Below are positions 48,239 to 56,838 of a stretch of DNA of 64,000 nt, piece by piece. Below the pieces are notes generated by a model. It made no database searches. It was not told where the DNA came from and worked only from the letters and a program-made list of their open reading frames with translations. The position numbers and the translations under genes were made by a program. The stretch is from positions 62,215 to 126,214 of the forward strand of contig JBBRNV010000002.1 in the NCBI GenBank assembly GCA_038230075.1, given 5' to 3'. Position 1 is the first letter of the stretch; every line of letters starts with the position of its first letter. This DNA comes from Minisyncoccia bacterium. GTDB lineage: Bacteria > Patescibacteriota > Minisyncoccia > Phycocordibacterales > CALRBL01.

Positions 48239-49369
48239 TTATTTTTTAAAATTTTTAATTGTTTTGATAACGTATTTTTGCTCAGTAGTTGTTAATCCTG
48301 GAAATACAGGAAGAAGTACAATTTTCTGCCATTCAGATTCTGTGACAGGAACGTCAGCTTTGTACTTTCGATACATTTTAAATTGATGATTTGGACTATA
48401 GTGCACACCAGTTGCAATGTTGTTATCCATCATATAGCCAATAAACTCACTTCGAAGTTTTGGGTCATGAATTCGCACTGCGTAGTTATGTCGAACTGTT
48501 CGAGTGTAAGGTTTTTCAACAGGAAGGGTGAGCCACTTCACTTCTTTTAATTCTTTGTCGTACATTGCTGCAATTGATCGTCGTTTATCGTTTGCTTTTT
48601 CGAGTTTTGAAAGTTGAACTAAACCAAGGCATGCATTAATATCATTCATGTGATACTTGTATCCCAGTTCTTCAACATCGTATTGCCAGTGATAGCCTTT
48701 ATTTACGATGTTTCGTTCGTACGTACTCTTGCTGATTCCAAGCCATCGTCGTCGTCGAAGAATAGCATCCCACTCAGCGTTGTTGAACGTCAACATTCCT
48801 CCATCTCCCATAGCTAAGTTTTTTACTGCATGAAAACTAAATGAAGTGATGTCTGCCACATTTCCAACTCGTTTCTTTTTATACATTGATCCACAAGCGT
48901 GCGCAGCGTCTTCGATAACAAATAAATTATGCTTCTTGGCAATTGCCATGATTTTGTCCATGTCACACGCATGACCTCCGTAGTCGACACAAATAATTCC
49001 CACAGTTTTTGGAGTGATAAGTGCTTCAATCTTTTTTGCATCCATATTTAACGTATCTCTTTCGATATCACAAAAGACAGGAATACCTTGTTCATACAAA
49101 ATCGCATGATTAGTTGAAACGAATGTGAGGGAAGTAGTAATTACTTCTTTCCCTTTAATATTAAAAAGTGAGAGTGCCAAATGAAGACCAGATGTGGCTG
49201 AGTTTACGGCAACGGCATGTGTTGAACCAACAAAAGCAGCAAATTTATCTTCAAATTCTTTTGTTTTAGGCCCAAGTCCGATCCATCCTTTTTCAAAGGG
49301 TTCTTTAAGTGAATCTAATTCTCGGTGGTCATACGATGGTCTGAAAAGAGGGATGTGTTTTTTGATCAT
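48239..49369 (-). CDS. DegT/DnrJ/EryC1/StrS-family PLP-dependent sugar aminotransferase
   Basis: Fold-type I aminotransferase, typical of ArnB/WecE-like enzymes (active-site Lys in SFHAVKNL context). The start is placed at the internal ATG at 49369. Confidence 0.8.
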   Translation of the reverse strand: MIKKHIPLFRPSYDHRELDSLKEPFEKGWIGLGPKTKEFEDKFAAFVGSTHAVAVNSATSGLHLALSLFNIKGKEVITTSLTFVSTNHAILYEQGIPVFCDIERDTLNMDAKKIEALITPKTVGIICVDYGGHACDMDKIMAIAKKHNLFVIEDAAHACGSMYKKKRVGNVADITSFSFHAVKNLAMGDGGMLTFNNAEWDAILRRRRWLGISKSTYERNIVNKGYHWQYDVEELGYKYHMNDINACLGLVQLSKLEKANDKRRSIAAMYDKELKEVKWLTLPVEKPYTRTVRHNYAVRIHDPKLRSEFIGYMMDNNIATGVHYSPNHQFKMYRKYKADVPVTESEWQKIVLLPVFPGLTTTEQKYVIKTIKNFKK

Positions 49370-49370
49370 G

Positions 49371-51101
49371 TTATTCGATAGTAATAGTCTTATATTCTTT
49401 ATTATTCCAGGCCGGATTGCCTTGATCCATGAAATCAATCTTATCATAATTGAACGTTTTGACCCTGTAATTGGTCCAATTGGCGAAATATGGACGTTCT
49501 TGGCATACAATGCCCGCAATGGCGTCTATTCCGGCCCCTGCATCGATAAAAACCTTATCACACTCATTCTTGAGAAGCGAAACGAGGCCAAGTTTTGCGT
49601 GTCCTGCGCCCACCAAGAAGATTTTAGCTTTTGAAGCTTTGATTTGTGGAATTAGTTTCTGAGCAAGAGCGTCGATGTCGTCTGCTGCACCTTTCTGAGG
49701 AACTTCTACATATTCAGCAAATGATGTAATTCCTAAATATGTTCGATACATGTCTCGTTTTTCTAATTCTTTAATCACTTCCATTTTTTCTCTTCCAGCG
49801 ATGATTCCAATTTCTGTAGGGAAGTTTTTGAAAATCCACTTAGTGCTTACTAGTGCATACACCGCTTCGAGAGGTTGAGCATTAAGAGAAGCTAGTAGTT
49901 TTGCTTTGGCTGCATATACTTCACCTCGCCACTTTTTGTGGAAGAAAATCGCTAGTCGGGGAATGATGCCAAATATACTAAGTACTTTTAATTTTATCTC
50001 AATAATTTTTGACCAATATTTATTTTGATATACAAAATGAAAATTTCGTTTAAAAGCTTTTTGCAACAGTCGTTCAATAAATTCTGATAGCACTAATGAT
50101 CGCCAATCTTTTCGTTCTCGATGTTCAATGGCAGTAGTGATGAGGTCGTGATGCCAAAAGAGCGATTGATGATAAGGAGTGTTTATTTTGTCATACCCAA
50201 GAAGAGTTCCGCGATTTCCTGGCTTTGCACTTCCTTTAGGAATTGCACGAAGAAAGAAAAAGTCTCCATCACTTGCTCTTAGAATGCTATAGCCTTTATT
50301 GTTTGATGCTGCCCACTTTACTTTCTCTGTGAGTGAAATAAATGATTGTTGAAGAGATTGTTTGATTAATCCTTTATCGGTAAGACCTACATGATGACTT
50401 TTGTTGTCAGTATTAATACCCTGTACAAAATATTGGCTGGCAATTGGTGCAAACATTCTTCGCTTGAATACTAAAATGTCGTGAGGCCACCACTGATAGC
50501 CAAATCCGTCGAGGGTATTTTTCATTTCTTCTCGTAATGCATCAGCTGCTTCTTTCCAGTAGACTAACCCTCGTTTTTCAATTTCTCGAATGACATAGTC
50601 TTTTGGTTGGGGATTCAAATGTTGGCCATCATGATCTTCGTGTTGGTTTGACCAGGTTACAAATAAAATATCTTTTGCTGCCTTGCTTAGATTGTCGATA
50701 AAATCTTGCTCACCCTCTTTTTCAATATGTTCACCAACTTCTGAACAATTGACCATGTCATACGCCTTTTCAAACGTAAAAGGCTTTGCAAGATCGGCTA
50801 TGTGAACAACATTTTTAATAATTGGAGCTGCATATTGTTTTGACCATTCAAAATAGTCATACCCAACAACTTCAACATGTGGATTGTTTTCCTTTAATGT
50901 TTCGATCAGTCTGCCGTTATTACATCCTAAGTCTGCAAATGAGTTTACAATACTCATATCAAAGATCTTTGTTAAAGCATTGAAATAGGCCCTGTATGCT
51001 GTCATAGGACGAGTATATTCTTCTTCTTTATATGTATCCTCAACTTCTTTTTTCATGAGTATTTGTTGTTCTTGATTATATACAGGTGGGTACTCAAACA
51101 C
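49371..51101 (-). CDS. Two-domain protein: an N-terminal class I SAM-dependent methyltransferase plus a large C-terminal domain of unknown function
   Basis: Methyltransferase motif I LGCNNGRLIE at the N-terminus. The C-terminal roughly 330 aa has no assignable motif. Confidence 0.5.
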   Translation of the reverse strand: MFEYPPVYNQEQQILMKKEVEDTYKEEEYTRPMTAYRAYFNALTKIFDMSIVNSFADLGCNNGRLIETLKENNPHVEVVGYDYFEWSKQYAAPIIKNVVHIADLAKPFTFEKAYDMVNCSEVGEHIEKEGEQDFIDNLSKAAKDILFVTWSNQHEDHDGQHLNPQPKDYVIREIEKRGLVYWKEAADALREEMKNTLDGFGYQWWPHDILVFKRRMFAPIASQYFVQGINTDNKSHHVGLTDKGLIKQSLQQSFISLTEKVKWAASNNKGYSILRASDGDFFFLRAIPKGSAKPGNRGTLLGYDKINTPYHQSLFWHHDLITTAIEHRERKDWRSLVLSEFIERLLQKAFKRNFHFVYQNKYWSKIIEIKLKVLSIFGIIPRLAIFFHKKWRGEVYAAKAKLLASLNAQPLEAVYALVSTKWIFKNFPTEIGIIAGREKMEVIKELEKRDMYRTYLGITSFAEYVEVPQKGAADDIDALAQKLIPQIKASKAKIFLVGAGHAKLGLVSLLKNECDKVFIDAGAGIDAIAGIVCQERPYFANWTNYRVKTFNYDKIDFMDQGNPAWNNKEYKTITIE

Positions 51102-51123
51102 AAATTGAGGCTTGTATTAAAGG

Positions 51124-52839
51124 TTAATCGATAAGAAAGATTTTCTTTGCAATTGGTCGAGTTTTTGGAAAGAGAAAGATTGCGACGCTATTTCCAAAAT
51201 ATGAAATAAGTGTTGCAAACGCAGAGCCAGCTATTCCATAGTGAGGAATGAGAAGAAGATTGAGTACAACATTTAATACCATGGCAAACAATGAGCTCAT
51301 GAGTACAGCAAACTGATTTCTTTCAGAAATGAAAATTTGATTCACTAAGTAGGTAAGCGATGTGCCAATTCCTGCCCAAATATAAATTTGAAGAACAATA
51401 GCTCCTGGAAGGAAGGCTTCTCCATAGAGAATTCGCATAATTGGTTTTGCGAGTAATGAAACAGGAAGGCTGACACCAACGGCCAGAATGACTAAAAATA
51501 AACTGAGTCTTTTAATTCGACTGAAATATAATGCCTCTGAAGTTTTTTTACTGTTTACAATTGCAGGGTAGAGGGAGCTAATAATGATGCCGGGTAAGAA
51601 ATACCATCCTTCTGCCAAACGCACCGCTGCATCGTATACTCCGACAGCAGTAGTGCTCACCATTGATTTTAAGAGCACCTGATCAATTCGTGAATAGATC
51701 ACTGCAAATCCTGAAGAGATCATGAGAGGAAGTGCGTGGCGAAGCATTAACTTCGCTGTTTCTTTGTCGAAACTCCATTGAAAGATTGATCCATAGTGTT
51801 TGTATCGAATGATGATGTACATAATCATGTACAGAATTGGTTCGATAACAAAAATTGCCGCAAGATAAATTACTCCTTTATTTGCATAGACGGTGTAAAT
51901 TTTAATTGCAGAAAGAATAGCAATAACAAAAATAGAAATAACTGCAGGATATTTTGATTTAACATGAGATTGGAATTCATACGCGATAATATTCCATTGA
52001 TTGAAAAGGTATGAAAGTGAAGCTATGGCAATAAGAAGGAAAGAAAGAGAATCACCATGGAGGGCTCGAGCTACCACAATAAGAATGGCGCTTGTTAAGA
52101 ATCCTGCAATAAACTTGAGTGTCAATGCTGTACCTAAAATTTTATTCTTATCTTCAGGTCGTTCAATTAATTCTCGAAAGAGTATCTGGTCAATTCCAAG
52201 TCCTGCGATAAATGAACAAAGCGTTGCAAAACTAACTGCATAGCTCAATTCTCCGTTGTTCAAGGGCCCAAGATGTCTGATGACAAAAATGTTTGCAATG
52301 AATGATATGCCCAAACTAACAACGCGAGCCGAAAACATCCATCCTGTATTTTTGAAATATTTAAGGAAGCCGGCATCGCTTCGTACATGGTGTGCTGCAT
52401 CATCAAGTCGATATACTAACTTTGTTTTCCAATCTTCCTTTCCTGTCATAACTCGTTTCACTTTAATAAACTCTCCTTTAATGTTGTGAGCGAATAATCC
52501 GTCGGTTAAGTATTTATCACCAATAACAACATAGTCTTTTCTAAATTCTTCGGGAATCTCTTCAATCACTTTTTTACTAGGCTTTCGATGGTGTTTTGAA
52601 ATGAAAAGAATTCCTAATAGTTCTGCGAAGTGGTTATTTCGTTTGTCATCTCTTTTATTTGATGAAAGAAAGACATTATTGTGCTTCTTGAGTAATTCAA
52701 CCTTATTGATTGTTTCTTGATCGAGCGAATGTTCTCCGTCGGCAACGAGTGTTCCGTCAATATCGAGAATGATAGTGTGGTTGTGGATATGATCGACTGA
52801 GAGTTGTTTGAAGAATTCCATGAGTTTATTTTGCAACAC
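51124..52839 (-). CDS. Fusion of a HAD-superfamily phosphatase (YqeG-like) to a Wzx/MOP-family polysaccharide flippase
   Basis: N-terminal ILDIDGTLV (HAD motif I) with ...GDKYLTD (motif IV-like). The C-terminal roughly 400 aa has about 12 TM helices typical of Wzx 'polysaccharide biosynthesis protein' transporters. Confidence 0.6.
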   Translation of the reverse strand: MLQNKLMEFFKQLSVDHIHNHTIILDIDGTLVADGEHSLDQETINKVELLKKHNNVFLSSNKRDDKRNNHFAELLGILFISKHHRKPSKKVIEEIPEEFRKDYVVIGDKYLTDGLFAHNIKGEFIKVKRVMTGKEDWKTKLVYRLDDAAHHVRSDAGFLKYFKNTGWMFSARVVSLGISFIANIFVIRHLGPLNNGELSYAVSFATLCSFIAGLGIDQILFRELIERPEDKNKILGTALTLKFIAGFLTSAILIVVARALHGDSLSFLLIAIASLSYLFNQWNIIAYEFQSHVKSKYPAVISIFVIAILSAIKIYTVYANKGVIYLAAIFVIEPILYMIMYIIIRYKHYGSIFQWSFDKETAKLMLRHALPLMISSGFAVIYSRIDQVLLKSMVSTTAVGVYDAAVRLAEGWYFLPGIIISSLYPAIVNSKKTSEALYFSRIKRLSLFLVILAVGVSLPVSLLAKPIMRILYGEAFLPGAIVLQIYIWAGIGTSLTYLVNQIFISERNQFAVLMSSLFAMVLNVVLNLLLIPHYGIAGSAFATLISYFGNSVAIFLFPKTRPIAKKIFLID

Positions 52840-53185
52840 TAAAACTTAAGATCATGATGATGCCGATAATAAGAAATCCATAACCAACAATTTGAAGAGG
52901 AGAGATCTTTTCACCGAATTGAAGAAGGGCAAATGAATTGATAATTAAAAAACTTGCTCCAACCATAATAGGATATGCAACACTGATTGGCATTGAACGA
53001 AGTGCGAGAAAATAAAAGAGGGCATTAAGTGCAAAGCAAAAAAGACCAATGATAAATAAATAGTTTGAAGTAATGATACTCAAGCTGAATCCGTTAAAAA
53101 CGATTCCTTTCTGTGCGCCAGCCTTCAACAGAACATTTGCTGTCCCATTCAAGATAAAAGCAATGATGAGAAAAAGAATATACAT
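52826..53185 (-). CDS. Small 4-TM EamA/SMR-like membrane protein (ArnE/ArnF-like flippase subunit candidate)
   Basis: 119 aa with four hydrophobic helices and an LALRSMPISVAYPI motif typical of small EamA/DMT proteins. Confidence 0.5.
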   Translation of the reverse strand: MYILFLIIAFILNGTANVLLKAGAQKGIVFNGFSLSIITSNYLFIIGLFCFALNALFYFLALRSMPISVAYPIMVGASFLIINSFALLQFGEKISPLQIVGYGFLIIGIIMILSFSVAK

Positions 53186-53186
53186 A

Positions 53187-54830
53187 CTATGACGTTATTT
53201 TATCCCAGTAGACATTCTTCGAGTCGTTTCGTAGTAATAACTTCACTCCTTTATATGTCACCAACTTATAGTTCTTTGAACACCATTCTTCAAGATTTTG
53301 TGAAGCCCATGAACAATAATGGTTATTAAAAGCGAGATATACAATGACATCAGGCTTCTTTTCTATATATGTATAGTTCAAATCGTATTTATTGTGTCCT
53401 GGAATACTATACATTCCTCGAGGATTCGAAAGTGCGCCAGATAAGTCTGGTGCAAGTGTTGCAATATATGCGTCTGTTTTTCCTAAAGGATCGAGAGAGT
53501 ATCGTTCAGTCAAATATGGAATTGTTCCTGCCCAAAATGATGAGATTGTTGCATTTGGAGTTGTTAACTCGTTGATAACAAGTGAAGTGTCAATATTTTC
53601 TTTGTTATTTCGAGTTTGATAAGGCTCTAGTCTCATGAAGTCGTAGTGATAGTCGAAAGGAATAAGAACAAGAAGGGAAGTGACAATGACGCTTGCGAAC
53701 GCTAAAAATAAATCTTCTCGAAGATGAAATGATTTTTTTAATTTTACGATTGAAAGAATAAATGCAATGAAAAAGAGAATGGTGTACGGAACTGTCATTC
53801 GCCAGAATGGAGGCCACGGATCACCACCTGCCCAAATTTGATACGCAGCATATGCTCCAAAACATAGTGTAAACATGGTGATGTATTTGTACTGATCGAT
53901 AAACAAATTCTTGAGCTTGTTGGTGAAGCTTGTTCCAAACTCCCATATATAGACAAAGAAAAACAGGACAACAGGAATAATAAAGAGTGAAATTCGAGTA
54001 ATGAATGGACTAAAGAACCCTATACCGTTTTTGAGGCGATCCTCGAGTGGCATACCAGTTGCTTTTAATATGTACGTATTTGGATATGAGAGATGATAAA
54101 AATAAAGTCTAAATAGTTGATATCCAATGATAGGAAGTGCGGTAATAATAGCTTCAACAACGGTTGCTAAGATTCCATTCTTTTCTTTATATCGTTGAAT
54201 TGCTCGAAATGCGTAAAAGATAGCAATAAAAAGTGCGCCTTCTGGTCGAGTAAGATATACGAGTGATAAAAGAAGTGCTAGGCCAGAATAAATCTTTCCA
54301 TGACGTATTGGTTTGAGAGACAAAGAAATAATAAAGAGAACGAGGGTGGTGAGAAATCCTGTTTCCATTCCAAAAACTGACCAATAAATAACTGGGTACC
54401 ATGCCATAGTCAAAAGAAGTGATATAAAAAGAATGAAATCACTTCGATCTTCAGGTTTTAACAATGACGTTACAATGTTTTTAACGAGATACACATTCAA
54501 AGCTAAACAAACAACTCCAAGGAGTTGAATAAAAAGCATTGAATAATTTGTTCCAAATACTGCAATTGCTCCTGCCATGATAAATACCATAAGTGGATTG
54601 GTGAATCCTTCAATATGTTCTCCCATATTCCACACCAAGCCATTTCCAAGAACTAGATTATGTGCGTATCTCATTGAAATCATTGCGTCGTCAAAAAGTA
54701 CAAAATGTCTTTGATGATCAATTGCTACATACGATGAACGAGCAACGAGTACTAAAGAGAAAATGATATACAGAGCGAAACAAATCTTAAATAATGTTCT
54801 ATATATAGGTGACGTAAATGTTGTAAACAT
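53187..54830 (-). CDS. GT-C superfamily integral-membrane glycosyltransferase (ArnT/PMT/AftA-like) with a roughly 180-aa C-terminal extracytoplasmic domain
   Basis: More than 10 TM helices, an acidic FDDAM motif in the first loop, and a soluble C-terminal domain. Confidence 0.5.
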   Translation of the reverse strand: MFTTFTSPIYRTLFKICFALYIIFSLVLVARSSYVAIDHQRHFVLFDDAMISMRYAHNLVLGNGLVWNMGEHIEGFTNPLMVFIMAGAIAVFGTNYSMLFIQLLGVVCLALNVYLVKNIVTSLLKPEDRSDFILFISLLLTMAWYPVIYWSVFGMETGFLTTLVLFIISLSLKPIRHGKIYSGLALLLSLVYLTRPEGALFIAIFYAFRAIQRYKEKNGILATVVEAIITALPIIGYQLFRLYFYHLSYPNTYILKATGMPLEDRLKNGIGFFSPFITRISLFIIPVVLFFFVYIWEFGTSFTNKLKNLFIDQYKYITMFTLCFGAYAAYQIWAGGDPWPPFWRMTVPYTILFFIAFILSIVKLKKSFHLREDLFLAFASVIVTSLLVLIPFDYHYDFMRLEPYQTRNNKENIDTSLVINELTTPNATISSFWAGTIPYLTERYSLDPLGKTDAYIATLAPDLSGALSNPRGMYSIPGHNKYDLNYTYIEKKPDVIVYLAFNNHYCSWASQNLEEWCSKNYKLVTYKGVKLLLRNDSKNVYWDKITS

Positions 54831-54839
54831 AATGTTTTG

Positions 54840-55874
54840 TTAGAAAAATATTTTAGCTACTTTAAGAATGCCTTGTTTCCATGGAACTCTGTGTGTTACT
54901 CCAGATCTTCCTTCGAAGTTCTTCATGTTTTCTAAATACCACTCATAATTTCGAACCAATGCCTGTTTATTTGAGTATTTGGGCTTATATCCTAAAACTC
55001 TTTCTGCTTTTTCAATTGAAACAAATGAATCTTCAGATGCTGTTTCATATACCCATTTATAAAGTGGTGAAAGTTTCAAAAGTTCAAGAAGGCGAAGTGT
55101 CCATATAATAGGAGTTGCAGGGAGGCCGACAATGTTTCTATGGAATCCTGCTTTATCAAGTACTGCCTGATAGTCTTCTTTCATGGTAGTAAATTCTTTT
55201 GCTCCAATATTAAACGTGTCATTTACTTTGTTTGCGTCGAGAGTTGCACATAAATAAATTGCTTCGCATAAATCTTCAACGTCGAGTAGTTGATATCGAT
55301 TCTTTCCATTTCCAATCATAGGAAAATTCTTTCCATCTTTTGCCCAATCATAAAAGAGTGCAAATACTCCGAGTCGTTCTGGTCCAACAAAAGACTTAGG
55401 ACGAATAATTGGAATACATATTCCTTTTGCTCGATATTCAACACAGAGTGCTTCTGCTTCAATTTTTGCCTTGCCGTATGGTCCAACACCATCAAGTTTG
55501 TCTGTCTCAAGAAGAGGGTGGTGGTCGGGAATTCCGTATACTGCTGTTGATGAGATGTGAACCACTCGCTTAACATCACATGAGAGCGCAGCATCAAGAA
55601 CATTCTTTGTGCCAGCAATATCTGTTGAAAGAATTTCTTCTTCAGAATAAAGAGGAAGGGCAGCAGCGGTGTGAATTACCATATCGACTCCTTTCATTGC
55701 TGTTTCAATATCTGACTTGTTTCGAATGTCTCCAACTATTGATGTAATTTGATCTTTTTCAGGATAGTCAAAAATATCTTTGTCTAAAGAAACAATAGTG
55801 TGGCCCTTCTCAAGGAGAAACCTCACCATGTTGATTCCTAAAAATCCTGATCCGCCGGTAATAAGAAATTTCAT
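54840..55874 (-). CDS. NAD-dependent epimerase/dehydratase (extended SDR)
   Basis: TGGSGFLG Rossmann motif and YGKAK catalytic YxxxK. The start is placed at the internal ATG at 55874. Confidence 0.8.
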   Translation of the reverse strand: MKFLITGGSGFLGINMVRFLLEKGHTIVSLDKDIFDYPEKDQITSIVGDIRNKSDIETAMKGVDMVIHTAAALPLYSEEEILSTDIAGTKNVLDAALSCDVKRVVHISSTAVYGIPDHHPLLETDKLDGVGPYGKAKIEAEALCVEYRAKGICIPIIRPKSFVGPERLGVFALFYDWAKDGKNFPMIGNGKNRYQLLDVEDLCEAIYLCATLDANKVNDTFNIGAKEFTTMKEDYQAVLDKAGFHRNIVGLPATPIIWTLRLLELLKLSPLYKWVYETASEDSFVSIEKAERVLGYKPKYSNKQALVRNYEWYLENMKNFEGRSGVTHRVPWKQGILKVAKIFF

Positions 55875-55881
55875 GACTCTA

Positions 55882-56724
55882 TTATATATGATGATAAAAA
55901 ATGAGATACATGAAGCAAATCCACAAAATTCCACTTAAAAGAAGAATTGGATCAGATACGACGAGCTTTTCAGGATATTCACTTTTATTGCTTGTAAAAA
56001 TAAGAAGGGTGTAACGAATGACACCAAGGAGTACAAAGAAAACTGAGAAGACTGCAAAAGGCGAACTCAAAACTAATACGGTATAGAGACTGTAAGAGAT
56101 AACTGCCAATGTTGAAGCAAGAATTAATAATCCTTTCAAAAATTCAGGAGTGTAGTGTTCAAGTACTGCTCGTTTGTGTTCTTGTTGAAATTCAGAAAGT
56201 CGTTTTCCAACAATGAGAAAGAGTGACATAAAGATGGTGCATAATAAAAGCCATTCAGATATATAGATGGAAGCAGCTATTCCTCCGATAACGATTCGAA
56301 TTAAATAAAAACTAGCGATGAGAAGAATATCAACAACAGCCACGTGTTTAAAATAAAATGTGTAGAGAAAGGTAAGTGCAATATATATGAGCATTACTCC
56401 CCAGATCTGAGGAATAAAGAAGGTGATGAGTAATAGAACAGCAACCGCAAGGCAGCAAAGAAGAGTTAACGCTTGCTTTCGAGAGACCTTTCCAGAAGCC
56501 ACGGGGCGATTCTTTTTTTGACTATGTTTTTGATCTTGTTCGATATCAACAAGATCATTAATGATGTATACACAACTTGCGGTGAGACAGAAGACGACAA
56601 AAGCAATAATGGTTGCATCTACTTTTGCAACATTAAAAATATCTTTGGCAAAGAAAAGAGGAACAAAAATGAAAAGATTTTTGATCCAACTGTACGGACG
56701 AAGCAATGCGACAATGCTAGGCAT
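55882..56724 (-). CDS. UbiA-family prenyl-phosphate glycosyl (phosphoribosyl) transferase, DPPR synthase-like
   Basis: NDLVDIEQDQKHSQKKNRPVASG (NDxxDxxxD...RP..SG) motif in a 7-8 TM protein. Confidence 0.65.
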   Translation of the reverse strand: MPSIVALLRPYSWIKNLFIFVPLFFAKDIFNVAKVDATIIAFVVFCLTASCVYIINDLVDIEQDQKHSQKKNRPVASGKVSRKQALTLLCCLAVAVLLLITFFIPQIWGVMLIYIALTFLYTFYFKHVAVVDILLIASFYLIRIVIGGIAASIYISEWLLLCTIFMSLFLIVGKRLSEFQQEHKRAVLEHYTPEFLKGLLILASTLAVISYSLYTVLVLSSPFAVFSVFFVLLGVIRYTLLIFTSNKSEYPEKLVVSDPILLLSGILWICFMYLIFYHHI

Positions 56725-56838
56725 AGAGATAAAGCTAAAAATAGCATAAAAGGCGCTAAAGTCTATCTAGAATAGAAAGTTGTTTTTGACAGGCTATTTG
56801 GCACGCAGAGCTCTCAAATGATATAGTGAGAGCCACTT

